Origin: the human T2T-CHM13v2.0 reference genome, Homo sapiens
Assembly: GCF_009914755.1 (NCBI RefSeq)
Contig: NC_060926.1
Direction: 5' to 3' (one strand)
Length of the DNA stretch: 64,000 nt
Shown: piece by piece, positions 56,383 through 64,000 of the stretch
How positions within the stretch are numbered: position 1 is the stretch's first letter
Layout: each line of letters starts with the position of its first letter
The notes under the pieces: model-generated
Database searches by the model: none
Told to the model about the DNA's origin: nothing
What the model saw: the letters and a program-made list of their open reading frames with translations, nothing else
Made by a program: the position numbers and the translations under genes

Positions 56383-57499
56383 GGCCGGGCGTGGTGGCTC
56401 ACACCTGTAATCCCGGCACTTTGGGAGGCCAAGGAGGACGGATCACCTGAGGTTGGGAGTTTGAGACCAGCCTGACCTACATGGAGAAACCCTGTCTCTA
56501 CTAAAAATACAAAAAATTAGCCAGGCCAGTCTGTGGCCCAGGGGTTGGGGACCCCTGTTTTAAGGTATTGCAGAATTGTCCCCTCCACACACAGCGAAGT
56601 GTAAATCCGTTTAATCTCTGAACTATCTAAAGATGAATATGCTGCTGCTCTCCTGCAATAAAGGGCAATGACTTAAAAGAGGTGGGGGTGGAGAGGCAGA
56701 AATGTCCTCTGTTTTACTGCTGTGTAAAACTGGTCACGCCCCTTAGAAGCACCACCACATGCCTAACTGTTGTTGATAATTAATTTACCTGATGCAAGTG
56801 AGTGAAAAATTTAAATGATCATAATTTACGTTGCCTTTAAACGACAGAACAATTTAAGTCCTCTAGTTAGCTAGTTCCTTTAAAACACACCCCACATCCC
56901 TACCAGAATCACTGCCCATCCCCCCCCACCCCCCCGCCCAAACAGCAATGGTTATTTATTTCTAACATAATCCGGGGACCCTTGCCCCTTAAAATAATTA
57001 AATAATATATGCCATATTTTCTCTAGAAGGCACTAGATTTGGCATCAAAAGACTTGCTTTGGCATTCAAGAACAGTGTGTTTGAGGAGGAGGCGTTTATC
57101 TTCCCTGAGCCTCAATTTCTTTATCTGTAAAACAACAAAGAACATCAAAGCTCTTTGTAATTTCTTCCTCTTTCCTCAAATAACACTTTGCTCATTACTG
57201 CGTTTTTAGAACTTATATCCTAGCGTTAAGTGGAAGCTTAACTGGAAGCTCCATGAAGGTAGGCCTTCCTTTCTGATAACCTAGCGTAAGATCAATAAAT
57301 GTTTATTAAATGAGGCACTTTACTTCACAAAGGATATGGCATTTTAACGGTTACAAGCGTTCCCAGTCAACGCATCCACAAAGCATTAGGCCACCTATAA
57401 ACTAGGAATTTAAAAGGCACCAAAATCCTAGAAGTCCTAGGAGGGCGTGGTGACGCAAGCAGGTGAACGCTGGCCGATGCTGACAACCCACTCCTGACG

Positions 57500-57649
57500 C
57501 GCTTCCGGTGCGACGCTGTCTCTCCATGCCAGGACTGAGTTGTGGGGGAGGGAGGCGGTTAGCGGGCTTTAGCGCCTTTTCTGGCGGCGGTAGATTTGAA
57601 GCGCTTCAAAGGACCGGACCCAGAGAAGAGGAAAACTCTACCGGTGCAG
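57500..57649 (+). other. PPIG: PPIG (cyclophilin G / SR-cyclophilin) non-coding exon 1; start approximate; intron runs past the window end
   Basis: Strong donor CAG|GTAAGT at 57649/57650 in the CpG island; gene identity from recalled 5'UTR and the known FASTKD1-PPIG gene order. No PPIG coding sequence in the window. Confidence 0.75.
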
Positions 57650-57944
57650 GTAAGTGGTATGAGGCTCAAGTTGTTCTGGCGGCGTCATTTCAGCAGTCCC
57701 TGCGTACGAAAGCGGGAAGGGCCTGGGAAGAGGGGCGGAGCCGGCGCGGCTGACCGGGTTGGGTTTACCGTCTTTCCCTCGAGGTATCGGGGCTGCTTGG
57801 GCCCAGAGGAAGTCCCTGAGGACCGCAGCAGTGCCTTTGCCGCTGTTGCAGAAGGAGAAGGCTTGCAGTCGAGCCCCGGGGCCTGGGGACGGTCCTTCCT
57901 CTGCCAGCCCCCGCCCTCCCCACTCAGGCGCACACCTCCCTCAC

Positions 57945-58058
57945 TGACGCATTTTGCCGCACAAGCTGTAACATGGCGGCAGCGACTGCGGCCTGAACTC
58001 TAGGGAGCCGGGTTGATTTTTAAAGCTTCAAAATCCTAAGACTCAGCACTGTTGCGGG
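57945..58058 (+). other. PPIG: Candidate alternative PPIG first exon (1b)
   Basis: YY1 motif followed by donor GG|GTAGGT at 58058/58059. Confidence 0.5.
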
Positions 58059-58395
58059 GTAGGTGGCGGGACTGGTGGGGAAGGGGGAGACAGCCTGACG
58101 TCCTGTCAGGCTAGGGTTGGAGAGTGACGGGCGAAGAGCCTGAATCACAGGGATTAAAATTGAAGACTAGCTTTCCTCCTCTTTCGACCTTTTCCTCTCA
58201 CAGCACAGTGGCTGTCGTGCAGTTAAGTGGCAGAGGCCACTTTGTTAAGCATTTTTCTAAAACTCAAGTCCAGGGTCTTGAGCTCTCGCGAAGTTCCCCC
58301 GTGTTTCGGAGGAGCTGTGAGCTGCGCAGGCCTTTTAGGAGGAGATAATTACTCTTTAGGAGGAAGATGATGATTTCGGGGCTCAGTATGCCTGA

Positions 58396-63830
<5,435 letters not shown>

Positions 63831-64000
63831 CAGACCTTAGAGAGTCAGCGTGAAGTTCCCAGAGAGTGAACTCTGGCTAACTAATTATCTGGCTAATTTG
63901 CATCTTAAAAGGACACACGGGAATCAGTGAGGAGAATCCTAAGGGTCAGAGACTTGCTTGGCATCTTAATCGTTAAAAATAATTTACTCAGACTAGGCAA

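Larger units (their letters stand above)
57440..58340. promoter_or_regulatory. PPIG: PPIG CpG-island promoter with CRE/ATF half-sites (TGACG near 57451, 57495, 58096), ETS (CTTCCGG 57502-57508) and YY1 (AACATGGCGGC 57970-57980)
   Basis: High GC and CpG density; motifs seen directly. Confidence 0.85.

Overview
Human (or great-ape) genomic DNA, very rich in Alu elements. I recognise it as the FASTKD1-PPIG region of chromosome 2q31.1. The complete FASTKD1 gene lies on the minus strand. I reconstructed 14 coding exons from 45392 down to 3056, giving 2544 nt or 847 aa plus stop, with all splice phases consistent. It also has a probable non-coding exon 1 near 47.0-47.25 kb and a promoter with ZNF143 and ETS motifs. 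About 10 kb away, the PPIG CpG-island promoter and non-coding first exon(s) start on the plus strand at about 57.5 kb. The interval between the genes holds a full-length SVA retrotransposon with target-site duplication about 0.6 kb upstream of FASTKD1. It also holds a frameshifted, intronless, highly diverged VMA21-like gene remnant (52100-52403) that the ORF track misses. Other points are GC-AG intron(s), a block of frame-symmetric exons flanked by inverted Alus, three uORFs in the FASTKD1 leader, a CDE/CHR-like palindrome in PPIG exon 1, a 630-bp AT-rich minisatellite and several local duplications. Repeat family names come from recognition by eye, not from a search. No CRISPR array, tRNA or rRNA was seen.
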